Of a stretch of DNA of 64,000 nt, positions 63,160-64,000 are shown in pieces; the first letter of the stretch is position 1, and every line of letters begins with the position of its first letter. This DNA is from a virus. A program made the translations under genes and the position numbers. Where the stretch lies: positions 62,294 to 126,293 of the IMG/VR virus record IMGVR_UViG_3300032334_001128; one strand, 5' to 3'. The notes under the pieces are model-generated. The model was not told the DNA's origin, searched no databases, and was given only the letters and a program-made list of their open reading frames with translations.

Positions 63160-64000
63160 ATGGAATTAGCGCAACGTGCCACTACAATTCGACGCATTGC
63201 TGAAGAGGGACTCTTATACGACGAAGTTCTGAGAAAGAAGCAGCAGAATGCATGGAAATCATGGGTCCTCTATGTGGGAGGCGGTACAGTTCTCATTCTC
63301 TCTGTTCTCTCATCTATGTACATGACACATGATATGATTCGCAGTGCACTGATAAGTGCATATACACGTTCCGAAAAGACACAAGATGTTATCACATCTT
63401 CTTTCTTCTCACTCTCAAGTCTCGGTCTCATTCCACAACCAATTGACCAACCCTTTCTACCTGAGTCCATTGCCCTAAAAACACTTGAACTGCAGGAGGC
63501 ATACAGTAAAACAAATGTGGCACAGACGAATACGACCAGTCTACAAGTGGAACTTCAACGTCTCGAAATCCTACAAGCCTCCGTTCAACAGATGGTCTCT
63601 ATTGCCGAGCAGGCGGCCAAACTCACATCGCAACATTTCTCTCTTCATTCAATTCATGCCCAACTTCCAATCATTCTTGCCGCAACCGCCAAAAATGCCT
63701 CCTCTCTACACAGGAATCTCTGCACAGTCTCCTTTGGTAGAGAAACCTGTCAACATGTAAGCACTGAGTATCAGCGAGCCTTAACTCTCTATACATCACT
63801 TCAGTCACAGGTGCGGCGCTTGAATACAACAGAGGGTACACTTGAAGTACTCTATGAGCGAGGCATCCTTTCAGCCTATCCTCAACTCATCGCCAATAAG
63901 AACTGGATAGAGAAATGGTATCATCAGAATCTAACTAATGAAATCCCGTATGATACGCTAAGTATTCCATATCTTGAGTATATTCATACATTTATGAAAC
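63160..64000 (+). CDS. Membrane-anchored hypothetical protein, 3' truncated; not in the ORF track
   Basis: 280 codons open to the window end (MELAQRATTIRR...), one N-terminal TM segment, no SD, preceded by AAATTTGAA; CTC-rich codon use unlike the phage genes. Confidence 0.75.
   Translation, partial: MELAQRATTIRRIAEEGLLYDEVLRKKQQNAWKSWVLYVGGGTVLILSVLSSMYMTHDMIRSALISAYTRSEKTQDVITSSFFSLSSLGLIPQPIDQPFLPESIALKTLELQEAYSKTNVAQTNTTSLQVELQRLEILQASVQQMVSIAEQAAKLTSQHFSLHSIHAQLPIILAATAKNASSLHRNLCTVSFGRETCQHVSTEYQRALTLYTSLQSQVRRLNTTEGTLEVLYERGILSAYPQLIANKNWIEKWYHQNLTNEIPYDTLSIPYLEYIHTFMK

Overview
Most of the window (1 to about 62.8 kb) is part of a large, AT-rich tailed phage genome with siphovirus-type tail genes. 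The likely host is an actinobacterium: there are two WhiB genes, a DUF3039-like gene, a tmRNA with an ...AYALAA tag and several leaderless TANNNT promoters. In order it carries: (i) a tail module on + (major tail protein end, head-tail adaptor, terminator, chaperones, tape measure, distal tail, hub, 1669-aa fibre); (ii) an HEXXH metalloprotein plus serine recombinase; (iii) replication genes on - (primase-helicase, SSB, AAA ATPase, PD-(D/E)XK nuclease, SNF2 helicase, RuvC-like resolvase, family A polymerase); (iv) a glycan-related island around a 1457-aa collagen-like fibre; (v) class II RNR, NrdH, GNAT and WhiB, then tmRNA with adjacent structured non-coding DNA; (vi) dNMP kinase, glycosyltransferases, M23 lysin, a PA14 coiled-coil protein, an iteron-rich origin-like region, an adenine methyltransferase and a terminase-small-like gene. 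The last ~1.2 kb looks like giant-virus (NCLDV-type) DNA and may be an assembly chimera. The most notable unexplained signals are a duplicated ~75-bp res-like/operator element at 18.7 and 50.2 kb, the fibre-glycosylation gene set, and the non-coding RNAs next to the tmRNA. All family calls come from motif recognition by eye; no database searches were run.
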